The notes under the pieces: generated by a model | What the model saw: only the letters and a program-made list of their open reading frames with translations | Told to the model about the DNA's origin: nothing | Databases searched by the model: none | Translations under genes and position numbers: made by a program | Origin: Spirochaetes bacterium GWF1_51_8 | Lineage (GTDB): Bacteria; Spirochaetota; Brevinematia; Brevinematales; GWF1-51-8 | DNA: 64,000 nucleotides | NCBI GenBank assembly: GCA_001829415.1 | Contig: MIBE01000010.1 | Coordinates: 69,926 to 133,925, forward strand | Direction: 5' to 3' | Shown: positions 45,457-54,719 of the stretch, in pieces | Layout of the letters: each line of letters begins with the position of its first letter | Numbering within the stretch: the first letter of the stretch is position 1

Positions 45457-47937
45457 TTATAAAAACCTTTCGTTGAAAAACCGTTTCGCTTCCTTCACCA
45501 ACCTCTCGCGCTTCCCGAACAGCACCTTCGCGGGGGGGAGCGAGTTCAAAAAGTTACTGCCGTAGTTCTTCGTCTTCAAGCGGTTGTCCATGATCGCGAT
45601 CACGCCTTTGTCGGTCTTACTGCGGATCAGGCGGCCCATTCCCTGCTTGAGGCGGAGGATCGCGCGGGGCAGGCTGAAGCTGATGAACGAGTTGACACCC
45701 TTCGAGTCTAAGAGCGCGACCTTCGCGCGGTAGATCGGGTCGTCGGGATTGTCGAACGGGAGTTTCTCGATGATAACGCAGCGGAGGTTGTCGCCCCGGA
45801 TATCGATCCCCTCCCAGAAGCTCGATGTCGCGAAGAGGACGCTGTAGCCCCGGCTCTTCATCGTGTCGAGCAGGAGGTTGCGCGCGCGTTCGCCCTGACG
45901 GATCGGGAGGAGGCCGTGCTCCATCAGCTCGTTCTTCAGGAGGCCGTACATCTCGGTCAGCCGGAGGTAGGATGTGAACAGCGCGAGGACACCGCCCTGG
46001 CTCGCGAGGCAGAGGTCGCGGACAAACCCGGTCTTCTCGCCGGTCACCTTGCTGTGCTCCCCGCCGTCCTCGAGGATATAGATTTCCGCTTGTTTCCGGT
46101 AGTCGAACGGCGAGGGGAGCGAGAGTTCGAGCATCTCCTTGTTCGACGCCAAGTTCAGTCCGGTGCTCATCCGGAAATAATCGAACTTTTTATTGACCGA
46201 GAGCGTCGCCGAGGTGAAGATCGTGAAGTCCTTCTTGCCGAAGATCGAGTTCGCGAGGAAATCGCCGACCTCGAGCGGGCTGAAGGAGAAACGGATGTTC
46301 TTCGGGGTGACCTCTATCCATCGCACCTGCTCGGGCGTGGTTTCGGAGAGGAAGACCGTGTTGAAGATATCGCTCATCTCGATCAGGGTGTCGATCCGCG
46401 AACGGACGATACGGACGATGTCGGTATACGAGTTGTCGGTCGCGCTGTCGAACAACCGGTTCATGAGCGATGTCAGTTCCCCGACAAACTTATTGAGCAT
46501 GCCGAAGAGCGACTGGAGCTTGTCGCGCAGGTATGCGAAGTCTTTCGTGCCCCGGTAGACGTCGTCGATCCCGATTGTCGACGAGAACTCCGATCCCTTC
46601 CGTAAAACCTTCATAAACTCGTCGAAAAGCTCGTGCGACACACCCGCGACCGTTTTCAGCAGGTTGAGGAGCTGTTCGTAACTTTCGACCAGCTCGGGAT
46701 GCGCATGGATACCGCCCTTCCTCGCTACCAGAGTAATCAAGCCCGATTCACTGCTGTCGCGGCGCTTCTTGAAATAGAGCTTACGCAGGTGGTAAAAGAG
46801 GCTCTGGAACGAGAAGCTCCGGGAGAGCGAACGGAGCGCGGTGTCTTCTATATGGTGCGCTTCGTCGAACACGATTCCGGAGTAGAACGGCATGACGTTG
46901 CGGTAGGACTGGATATCGATCGACGAGAAGACGAGCGAATGGTTCGCGATGACGATCTGCGCCTTTTCCGCGCCGAGCCTCGCTTTATAATAGAAACACG
47001 CGCTGTAGTAACGGCACCGTTTGCGGTCGCACATCATGCTCTCGCTTCTGATCTCTTCCCATATCTCTTCCTTGACCTGCTCGGGGTACTCCCCACGGGT
47101 ACCGTTATGCCCGCTCCGCGACCAGAGCTCGATATCGTGCAGGAGCAGGCCCTCGTTCTCGCTCTCGAACAGGGAACTTTGTGTATCCTTGTCGCGCAGG
47201 AGGTCTGTGAGCCGTTTCCGGCAAAGGTAGTTTCCACGTCCGACCAATACCGCGTGATAGAGCGGTTTATTCAGGTACTTCATCACGACCCGTTCGACGA
47301 TCTGCATATCCTTTTCCGCGATCTGCTGCTGGAGATTGATCGTGTGGGTGGAGATCATCACGCGTTTTTTATTCTCTACCGCCCAAAGCGCGGCGGGGAT
47401 AAGGTACGAAAGTGATTTCCCGGTGCCCGTCCCGGCTTCACAGAGCAGTATCTTCGAGTCGTTGACAGCCCAGACAACGTGCGCGACCATATCGATCTGC
47501 TCGCCGCGCGGTTCGAAGTTCGCGATATTCTCCGAAAGGACGCCGTGGTCGCCGAACAGCCCCAGCACTTCCTCGTCCTTGAGGTAGACCCGCGAACGGG
47601 GCTGGAGGACGATATTGACCTCGGTGCATTCGTTATTGACGATATAGAAGCCGACCATCCTGTTCGCGAGAAGCGATGAGAGTTCGATATCTTCCACCGA
47701 CGGCACGGTGTTCCCCGACGGGTGATTGTGGATGACGACGTCGCCGGACAACGCTTCCATCATCGAGATGACGGTCGCGTCCTCGCTCCCGAACGACATC
47801 GGCGAGACCTCGACGGCTTTCCCGCTCCGGTCGACACTGCCGGAGAACGAGACTTCGTTGCCGCCGTTCTTGTCGATATATTCTACGATAGTCCTGATCG
47901 CGTCTTCGGAAAGGACCTGAGCTGCGTTTACTTTCAT
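45457..47937 (-). CDS. dinG: DinG/XPD-family Fe-S DNA helicase with an N-terminal RadC-like JAB/MPN domain
   Basis: 826 aa. JAMM motif HNHPSGNTVPSVED (47689-47730). Walker A AGTGTGKS, DEAH box VFDEAHH, four Cys of an XPD-type cluster (LCRK, MMCD, RCRYY, SACFY), and a C-terminal helicase_C_2-like region. Confidence 0.85.
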   Translation of the reverse strand: MKVNAAQVLSEDAIRTIVEYIDKNGGNEVSFSGSVDRSGKAVEVSPMSFGSEDATVISMMEALSGDVVIHNHPSGNTVPSVEDIELSSLLANRMVGFYIVNNECTEVNIVLQPRSRVYLKDEEVLGLFGDHGVLSENIANFEPRGEQIDMVAHVVWAVNDSKILLCEAGTGTGKSLSYLIPAALWAVENKKRVMISTHTINLQQQIAEKDMQIVERVVMKYLNKPLYHAVLVGRGNYLCRKRLTDLLRDKDTQSSLFESENEGLLLHDIELWSRSGHNGTRGEYPEQVKEEIWEEIRSESMMCDRKRCRYYSACFYYKARLGAEKAQIVIANHSLVFSSIDIQSYRNVMPFYSGIVFDEAHHIEDTALRSLSRSFSFQSLFYHLRKLYFKKRRDSSESGLITLVARKGGIHAHPELVESYEQLLNLLKTVAGVSHELFDEFMKVLRKGSEFSSTIGIDDVYRGTKDFAYLRDKLQSLFGMLNKFVGELTSLMNRLFDSATDNSYTDIVRIVRSRIDTLIEMSDIFNTVFLSETTPEQVRWIEVTPKNIRFSFSPLEVGDFLANSIFGKKDFTIFTSATLSVNKKFDYFRMSTGLNLASNKEMLELSLPSPFDYRKQAEIYILEDGGEHSKVTGEKTGFVRDLCLASQGGVLALFTSYLRLTEMYGLLKNELMEHGLLPIRQGERARNLLLDTMKSRGYSVLFATSSFWEGIDIRGDNLRCVIIEKLPFDNPDDPIYRAKVALLDSKGVNSFISFSLPRAILRLKQGMGRLIRSKTDKGVIAIMDNRLKTKNYGSNFLNSLPPAKVLFGKRERLVKEAKRFFNERFL

Positions 47938-47949
47938 TCGTTCCCCGGA

Positions 47950-50550
47950 TTATAGGTAATGCACGAGGTCTTCCTGCTTGATGAGGACCTCACGGGGCTT
48001 GCCGCTCGATTTGGCGGCGGCGAGGATACCCATCCCGTCCATCGCTTCCATGATTCGCGAGGCGCGGTTGTAGCCGACACGGAACTTACGCTGGATGAAC
48101 GACGCCGATATCTCGCCGTACTCGACCGCGAGCTTCAGCGCTTCGCCGAACAGCGGATCGTCCTTGAAGTCCGCCTCGTGCGCGAGATGCTCGTCGTGAG
48201 TCCGGGTCATCAGCTCCTCGAAGTCGATCTTGTAGTCGGCGCTCCCGTTCCGTTTCAGTTCGGTCGAGATGCGCTTGATGTCCTGGTTCGAGACGTAGGG
48301 CGCCTGGATACGGAACATATCGTTGAACGCCGGGGTCAGGAAGAGCATATCGCCTTTGCCGAGCAGTTTCTCAGCCCCGCTCCTGTCGAGGATCGTGCGC
48401 GCGTCGGTCTGTGTGCTCACCCGGAACGCGATACGCGACGGGAAATTCGCCTTGATAAGCCCGGTGACTACATCCACCGAAGGACGCTGGGTCGCGACGA
48501 CAAGATGAATACCCACCGCGCGGGCCATTGCCGCGATACGGGAAATCACCTTTTCCGTCTCCTTGGGCGAACGGAGCATCAGGTCGGCGAACTCGTCGAT
48601 CACGATCACGATATACGGAAGTTCTTCCATCGGCTCCTCGCCGTCCTTCTTCCGCGTCTTGTTGATCTTCTTCGCCTGTATGTTGTAGTCGGAGATGTTG
48701 CGGACATTCATCTCGCTGAGCACCTTGTAACGCCTGTCCATTTCACTGACCGCCCATTCGAGGGCGAGCAGCGCTTCCTCGGGCTGGGTGATGACAGGGG
48801 CGAGCAGGTGCGGGATGCCGCCGAACAGTTCGAGTTCGACCATCTTCGGATCGATCATGATGAACTTCAATTCGTTCTCGCGCCGTTTGAATACAAGCCC
48901 CGCGATCAGCGAACTGACATAGACGCTCTTACCGCTTCCGGTCGTACCGGCGATCAACAGATGGGGCATATCGATCAAATCCTCTACTATAATATTGCCC
49001 GTGATATCCATCCCGAGGATGAGAGGAAGGATGGCGTCGTTATCGCGGAACTCGCCGCTTTCGATGATGTTGCGGAGCACGATATTCCGGCGGTACTTGT
49101 TCGGCACTTCGACCCCGATGATGCTCCGGTTGCCGATAGGTGCGACGATCCGGATATTGGTCGCGCCGAGGTTGAGCGCGATGTCGTCCTGTAACGTGAC
49201 GATATTGCGGAGTTTCAGCCCGACCGGCGGAACCATCTCGTAACGGGTGATGACCGGGCCGCGCGTGTAGCCTGTGACGCGGATATCTATCTTGAAGCTC
49301 CTGAACGTGCTTTCGATGATCCCGCTAACTTCCTTGACCTCGCGCTGGTCGTCCTCGTAGGAATGCGTCTCGAGGCTTTGGTCGAGGATACTGCTTTCCG
49401 GGAAGAGGAACGGCTCGGTCTCGTCGTCATAGATATCTTTCAGCGATACGGTCTTGGGCTTCTTCTGCTTCTTGAACTCGTGGTAATCCGCCTCACCTAC
49501 AATGTCCTCGGCGTTCTCGGTGTCGAGCGGGGGAAGTGTCTCCGGTACCGGCTCGGCCTTATGGTCGGGTGTGAACGGCGGCTCGTCGGGCGGTATTTCC
49601 ACGGCGGCGGGCCGGTGGGGCTCGTCGATCATCGCGGGTACGGACTCGATGTCAGGCCCGGTTTCTTTGACGGGGGCCTTGCCCTCGTCGAAAAGGAGCG
49701 AGTCGAACTTCCTGCCTATCCCGAGCAGTATCCTTTCCTTCTCGCGCGGGTTGGATAGAAACGACGGGAGGTTCGCGCCGTCGGGCTTGACTATCCCGGA
49801 GTCGTTCGCGGCCGGCGGCCTGAGGAAATCGGGCTCCGGCATCCGGGGCGCCGGAGCGCTTTCAAATATATCTTCAAGATCGGCGGAGGGCTTCTCGCCC
49901 TGGCGGTATACTTTAGGATGAATCGCGTGCGGATCGATCAGGACGTCGGTCTCGGCTTCGCCGCGTTTCTCGCCCCTGATGATGAGGCCGAACAGGTGGA
50001 ACGGCGCAAGCGCGATCTGCCCGATAGTCCGCGCGAAGAAGAACGCCGCGAACCGGAAGAGCTTCATCGTGCCCGAAAGCGACAGAAGGAACATGAGCGA
50101 GAATATTCCGATCAGCACATACGGATGGATGATCTCGGAGAGGCTGTTCATAAGCCCGATGCCAAGCATTCCTTTATCTATAAACGAGAGATTGCCGAAG
50201 AGGAGCGCGGTTAATGCCGACAGGCTGATGGACGCGATCGTGAAAAGGCTCGCCTTGAGGAGTATGCGCCCGGTTTTGGCGCGGATCAGGATATTGAGGC
50301 CGATCACGAGGATCGCGAAATCCACGAGGAAACCCGCGACCCGTCCGTAAGTGATGACGAAGAACGAGGAGACGCTTGCGCCGATATCGCCCGCGATATT
50401 CTCGACCGGGCGGTTTACTTTGGATACGAAGAACGCGGAGTCGTTAGGCGTAAAGCTGGCTAACGACAGCAGTAAAAACGCCGCGAATCCGATGAACAGG
50501 TATCCGGTAACGATACTCGGCAGGTGAAAGACGCGCTCCTTTTCCTCCAT
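47950..50550 (-). CDS. ftsK: DNA translocase FtsK/SpoIIIE
   Basis: 866 aa. N-terminal TM helices, a Pro-rich linker, the motor domain (AGTTGSGKS, VIVIDEFADL), and a gamma winged helix (QRKFRVGYNRASRIME). Confidence 0.95.
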   Translation of the reverse strand: MEEKERVFHLPSIVTGYLFIGFAAFLLLSLASFTPNDSAFFVSKVNRPVENIAGDIGASVSSFFVITYGRVAGFLVDFAILVIGLNILIRAKTGRILLKASLFTIASISLSALTALLFGNLSFIDKGMLGIGLMNSLSEIIHPYVLIGIFSLMFLLSLSGTMKLFRFAAFFFARTIGQIALAPFHLFGLIIRGEKRGEAETDVLIDPHAIHPKVYRQGEKPSADLEDIFESAPAPRMPEPDFLRPPAANDSGIVKPDGANLPSFLSNPREKERILLGIGRKFDSLLFDEGKAPVKETGPDIESVPAMIDEPHRPAAVEIPPDEPPFTPDHKAEPVPETLPPLDTENAEDIVGEADYHEFKKQKKPKTVSLKDIYDDETEPFLFPESSILDQSLETHSYEDDQREVKEVSGIIESTFRSFKIDIRVTGYTRGPVITRYEMVPPVGLKLRNIVTLQDDIALNLGATNIRIVAPIGNRSIIGVEVPNKYRRNIVLRNIIESGEFRDNDAILPLILGMDITGNIIVEDLIDMPHLLIAGTTGSGKSVYVSSLIAGLVFKRRENELKFIMIDPKMVELELFGGIPHLLAPVITQPEEALLALEWAVSEMDRRYKVLSEMNVRNISDYNIQAKKINKTRKKDGEEPMEELPYIVIVIDEFADLMLRSPKETEKVISRIAAMARAVGIHLVVATQRPSVDVVTGLIKANFPSRIAFRVSTQTDARTILDRSGAEKLLGKGDMLFLTPAFNDMFRIQAPYVSNQDIKRISTELKRNGSADYKIDFEELMTRTHDEHLAHEADFKDDPLFGEALKLAVEYGEISASFIQRKFRVGYNRASRIMEAMDGMGILAAAKSSGKPREVLIKQEDLVHYL

Positions 50551-50551
50551 G

Positions 50552-51379
50552 CTATATTATCCCCATCGCCCCCAGGACAATCGCCGTGATCCCGATAGCG
50601 AAACAGTAAAACGAGAAAATCCAGAACTTTCCGGACTCTACGATTTTAAGTAAAAGTTTCAGCGCGAGGAATCCCACCCCGAACGCGACTACGAAGCCGA
50701 TGATGTACGGCAGTTTCGGCAGAAGCCCGTCGGCGGGACATGCGGCCTGCGGATCGAACCATTCGAGGAGATTGACCGCGAGGATGGCGGGTAACGAGAT
50801 CAGGAACGACAGCCGCCCCGCGAACTTGCGTTCCGCGCCGAGATAGAGCGATGTCGCGATTGTGGTGCCCGAACGCGACACACCCGGAAGGATTGCGACG
50901 CCCTGCGCGACGCCCAGTACGAGCGCTCTCAGGAAGCCGAAGTTGTTCTCGGTGCGTTCGCTTTGCCGGACGAATTTCGTCACGAGCAGGATGGTTCCCG
51001 TCACGAGGAGACACGCGCCGACAATGACCGCGCTTTGAGTCAGGCTCTCGAATTTATCCTTCAGAAATATCCCCATGAATCCCGTAGGGATGCTCGCGAT
51101 AATGATATATAAAACCATCTTCAGTTCGCCGTTCATTTTCTTCTCACGGACAGCCTGGGGAATAGTGCCGAGCGATTTGAAGAGCTTGGCGATCTCGTCC
51201 CAGAATACGAAGATAGTGGCGAACATAGTCCCGAAATGGACGATGGCGAAGAAACGGAGGTCGGCGGTGCCCGGCCCGAACAGTTTATCCGCAAGGGCGA
51301 GATGCCCCGAACTTGAAATAGGTAAAAACTCGGTCAGTCCCTGCACGACCGCGAGAATGATCGACTGTAGTATATCCAT
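50552..51379 (-). CDS. uppP: Undecaprenyl-diphosphate phosphatase
   Basis: ORF trimmed to MDILQSIILAVVQGLTEFLPISSSGHL (ATG 51379). PGVSRSGTTI motif. Confidence 0.9.
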   Translation of the reverse strand: MDILQSIILAVVQGLTEFLPISSSGHLALADKLFGPGTADLRFFAIVHFGTMFATIFVFWDEIAKLFKSLGTIPQAVREKKMNGELKMVLYIIIASIPTGFMGIFLKDKFESLTQSAVIVGACLLVTGTILLVTKFVRQSERTENNFGFLRALVLGVAQGVAILPGVSRSGTTIATSLYLGAERKFAGRLSFLISLPAILAVNLLEWFDPQAACPADGLLPKLPYIIGFVVAFGVGFLALKLLLKIVESGKFWIFSFYCFAIGITAIVLGAMGII

Positions 51380-51615
51380 ATTCCTCTCCCGATTATTATG
51401 AGATATATTGTATTTCAAAACCCCTTTTTTATCAATTACTGGCAGATAATATTATGAAGCGAATTATTTTCGCGGATTTCTGGTATAAATCCGGTTCCGG
51501 TTCTATAATATATCCGGTTCGAAGGGGATCTTCATTTAAAAATCAAAAATCAGGGCGGTTCTGAGAACCTTGCCTCTTCCGCGGTCAATGAAAAACTCTT
51601 ATTAAGACGCCCGAA

Positions 51616-51649
51616 GGTCACTTCCTTTAATTTGTAGTTAAAAGTGACC
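51616..51649. repeat. Small palindromic unit GGTCACTTCC...AAGTGACC
   Basis: GGTCACTTCCTTTAATTTGTAGTTAAAAGTGACC. The same outer arms occur at 6037-6081. Confidence 0.7.
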
Positions 51650-51683
51650 GCAAATCAATAACGCCGGGTATCATAGGGGTTTG

Positions 51684-51844
51684 TTGACAAACTTGTCTTG
51701 TCATTGCAAGGCGTCATGGGGAGCTTGCCGAAACATAGCCGAAGCAATCTATGTTATTAACTGATTAATAATTACATAGACTGCTTCACCGCTTCGCGTT
51801 TCGCAGTGACAAGAAATCTATTTAATACCGGCTTCGTCAACACG
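51684..51844. repeat. Palindromic mini-repeat, copy 3 (no nested sub-hairpin)
   Basis: TTGACAAAC...GTCATTGCAAG...GAGCTTGCCGAAACATAGCCGAAGCAATCTATG...CATAGACTGCTTCACCGC...GCAGTGACAAG...CGTCAACACG. Collinear with copy 1 apart from the missing 30-nt module. Confidence 0.85.
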
Positions 51845-51892
51845 ACCATAGGTTCCGGGGGGAACCGATATATCTGTAATCCGGGGAGATCG

Positions 51893-52819
51893 ATGACACT
51901 GGAAAGTCTTGTCGCGAATATTCTTGCGTTCATTTTCGGCGGTATTGGGCTGATCGTGACCCTGTTTTTAGGCATCCGGCACAAAAAGGATGTAATCTGG
52001 ATTTATTTCGCGATCCAGCTCTCCTTGGTGGGATACCTAATCGCGGGATTCGTGATCGATTTTAACACGCTTGCCGAAACACCCGATATGCTCCTGAGCC
52101 GTATTCTGCACTCGATACGCAGTCTCAACATTTTTATCTTTCCGCTGTTCTTCCACACCATCTTCGAGATGAAACACCGAATCATCAGGAATTCCGCCTT
52201 TCTCACCCTCACTATTCTCAATATCCTTCTCGCCGTGTCGCCGTTCTACTACGATACCGCCGCAGCGTCGTTCGGATGGGGTTTCTTTCTCGTGAACGCC
52301 TGCGAATTGGGTTCGATACTCTACATACTGGGCATCACGATTGCCAACCTGAAAAAGCTCGACCGGAGCAGGGTGCAGGCCGTATTCGTGTTCTTTTCCT
52401 GCCTGATGATCACCCAGCTCATTTTCCGTTTCGGGACGGAATACCTCGGATGGTTCGACCGGACGACGCTGTTCCTTGTCAAGGAGAGTTTTATCAACCC
52501 GGTGCTGTACTTCCTGTGGAAGCTCGCGTTCCTCTGGATGATCTCCGACGTGATTATGCTGAAGGAGACTCAGCCGTGCACGACAGACGAACGGGACGGG
52601 TGCAAATCCGTTCTGACCGGCAGGGAAATGGAAATATCCGCGCTGTTGGTCGACGGTAAGAAAAACCGGGAGATCAGCGGCCTGCTGGGGATTTCGGAAT
52701 TGACAGTGAAGACGCATATCAAGAATATCTACGCGAAGGCCGGGGTGAAAAACCGTGTCGGCCTCAGTCATTATATAAATCCGCCGGAAAATAAACCGTT
52801 GAAGCAAAACGGAGTCTAA
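51893..52819 (+). CDS. Polytopic membrane protein with a C-terminal LuxR-type HTH
   Basis: ORF trimmed to ATG 51893. About 7 TM helices, then LTGREMEISALLVDGKKNREISGLLGISELTVKTHIKNIYAKAGV. Confidence 0.75.
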   Translation: MTLESLVANILAFIFGGIGLIVTLFLGIRHKKDVIWIYFAIQLSLVGYLIAGFVIDFNTLAETPDMLLSRILHSIRSLNIFIFPLFFHTIFEMKHRIIRNSAFLTLTILNILLAVSPFYYDTAAASFGWGFFLVNACELGSILYILGITIANLKKLDRSRVQAVFVFFSCLMITQLIFRFGTEYLGWFDRTTLFLVKESFINPVLYFLWKLAFLWMISDVIMLKETQPCTTDERDGCKSVLTGREMEISALLVDGKKNREISGLLGISELTVKTHIKNIYAKAGVKNRVGLSHYINPPENKPLKQNGV

Positions 52820-52926
52820 TCGTGTGTGCCGCCGAAGGATAAAAGCCCCCGATTCTTGAGAATAGTTTCTATCGGGATTATAATATTAGGTCGATAAAGA
52901 GAATATAAAATAACGAGGAATTCGAC

Positions 52927-53049
52927 ATGGAACAATCCGGTAACTTGATAGTAAAAATCGTGGTGGGAGTCATTCTCGCCGTACTGTTAGTACTGATGCT
53001 CGTGCCGCAGGATTTCTGGCTCGGCCTTTCGATGAAATATTTCCAGTAA
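52927..53049 (+). CDS. Possible 40-aa single-TM micro-protein
   Basis: ATG follows GAGGAA. MEQSGNLIVKIVVGVILAVLLVLMLVPQDFWLGLSMKYFQ*. Ends 9 nt before the next gene. Below the ORF-track size cutoff. Confidence 0.3.
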   Translation: MEQSGNLIVKIVVGVILAVLLVLMLVPQDFWLGLSMKYFQ

Positions 53050-53058
53050 GGAAAGCGG

Positions 53059-54024
53059 ATGGCTGAAGGGCTAACATTTTATTCGAAATCCGAACTCATC
53101 TGCCCTGTCTGCGGAGTAGGTCATAAACGTGAGGAAATGCTCACCGGGCGCGGGAGATTCAACGCCGGGGCGTTATCCAACGAGCTCCGCCGCAGTTATA
53201 TCGCCACCCAGAAGTTCGGTGAAGTCAATCCCCTGATTTATCCTGTCGCGGTCTGCCCGAGCTGTCTGTTCGCGGCGGACAAGGACGATTTTACCAAAGT
53301 CCCCCCGAAATCGGTAGAACAGCTTCTCGAACTCCAGCAGGTTCGCGGGAAGTATATGCTGAAAATTTTCGGCATGGTTCCGGATTTTGTCGGCCCGCGC
53401 GAACTGATCAGCGGCATCGGAAGCTATATCCTCGCGATCAGTTCTTCGCCTTTTCTCGATAAACGCAAACAAGCCCCGACTATAAAAATGGGTATCTATT
53501 CGCTCCGGACTGCATGGCTGATGATCGACTTGTTCAGGCAGACTAACGAGCCGAAGTATCAGGAGCTGTCCGACCTGTTCTACCGGAAGGCCTCGGAGTT
53601 CTACGAGCAGGCGCTCGAACTTCAGTCGAAGGGCATCGAGCCTCTCGACGGCGCTAGATGGCTCGGGCCGGATACGGATTACAATTTCGGGTATGACGGC
53701 TTCCTCTATATCGACGCCGTCCTCAAGTATAAAACCGCCGTGTTTATGGAAGACCCGATCGAACGTGTGAAGTGCTACGAAGGGGTGAAGCGCATCCTGT
53801 CCAAGGTGTTCGGTATCGGGCGTAAGGCTAAGGACAAGCCCGAGATACTGCTCAACCTTTCCCGCGAAGTATACGATAAGATCGGTGAAGAAGTGGAGAA
53901 ATTGAAGGAATCGCTGGGCGACCTCAACGAGCTCGAGAACCTCGAGCAGGCTGTTGAGGAAGCCGCGAAACAAGCCGCTAAGGAAGACGCCCAAGCGTCC
54001 GCCGAAGCGCCCGCCGAAGAATAA
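53059..54024 (+). CDS. DUF2225-family protein (zinc ribbon plus helical domain)
   Basis: 321 aa. CPVCG...CPSCLFA zinc-ribbon pairs at the N-terminus and an acidic/Ala-rich tail. Confidence 0.7.
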   Translation: MAEGLTFYSKSELICPVCGVGHKREEMLTGRGRFNAGALSNELRRSYIATQKFGEVNPLIYPVAVCPSCLFAADKDDFTKVPPKSVEQLLELQQVRGKYMLKIFGMVPDFVGPRELISGIGSYILAISSSPFLDKRKQAPTIKMGIYSLRTAWLMIDLFRQTNEPKYQELSDLFYRKASEFYEQALELQSKGIEPLDGARWLGPDTDYNFGYDGFLYIDAVLKYKTAVFMEDPIERVKCYEGVKRILSKVFGIGRKAKDKPEILLNLSREVYDKIGEEVEKLKESLGDLNELENLEQAVEEAAKQAAKEDAQASAEAPAEE

Positions 54025-54054
54025 TATACTCACGGACGAGTGATAATGCCTGAC

Positions 54055-54654
54055 GGGTAGTTATAAAAACCTTAAGGATTTTAGAAAACTATAAATATAC
54101 TCTTACTTTCTTTCTGAGCGGGCACCGCGCCTTCCGCCAGCCTTCCATCTCAGAAGGAAAGTGAACAGGACGATGGCGTCGGCGGACAGGGAAAGAAAGT
54201 AACAAAGAACCCCGCAAGGAACGCGGGGCAAGCTATCCGCCGCGCTGATAAAGCTCAGGGGAAGAGCCGGAAAATCCGGAAAAGGCATAACTCCTCCCTT
54301 CGGTCGTCGAACAAATGCCTTTTCTTCGGATTTCCCGGGAGTTTGAAGCGCTTTAAAGTGCGCGGACAAAACAGCCAACTTCAGTCACCTATTCATGTCT
54401 TCGGCTGTTCGAACCCCGCCGCTATGCCGTGACTTCTACCAAGCGGAACGGCCAGAAACGCCGATGTCCGAAGCGTGACTTTATATCGCTTCTTTTGGCG
54501 GCCGACCGCGAGTTTCGGCGTTTCCCGTTTCGCGCCCCTCTTCTTTGGAACGGCATCGGGCGGGGAACCTCTTTCTTTCGTTCTTTCTTTCTGGGTTTGC
54601 AGAAAGAAAGAACAGTGGGTTTTACATCCTTGGAGATTTTTTTGAACTCTCCTG
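54055..54654 (-). repeat. About 600-nt hairpin-dense non-coding element, copy B (reverse orientation relative to copy A)
   Basis: The reverse complement aligns end to end with 5403-5999. It carries a 33-nt insertion (54139-54171) and an oppositely oriented IR-flanked segment (54103-54203). Confidence 0.9.
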
Positions 54655-54719
54655 ATGAAATCTAAAATTTATATATTGCTTTTTCGTACGCTCTATTTTT
54701 AATATAAACGGAGGAAAAA

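Noticed and set aside
52862-52872. ATAGTTTCTAT next to a TATAAT box upstream of the micro-ORF and the DUF2225 gene, as a possible third TrpR-like operator
   Set aside because: Only one 8-mer half-site (GTTTCTAT) is present, with no ATAGAAAC partner at 2-bp spacing. This is too weak to call.
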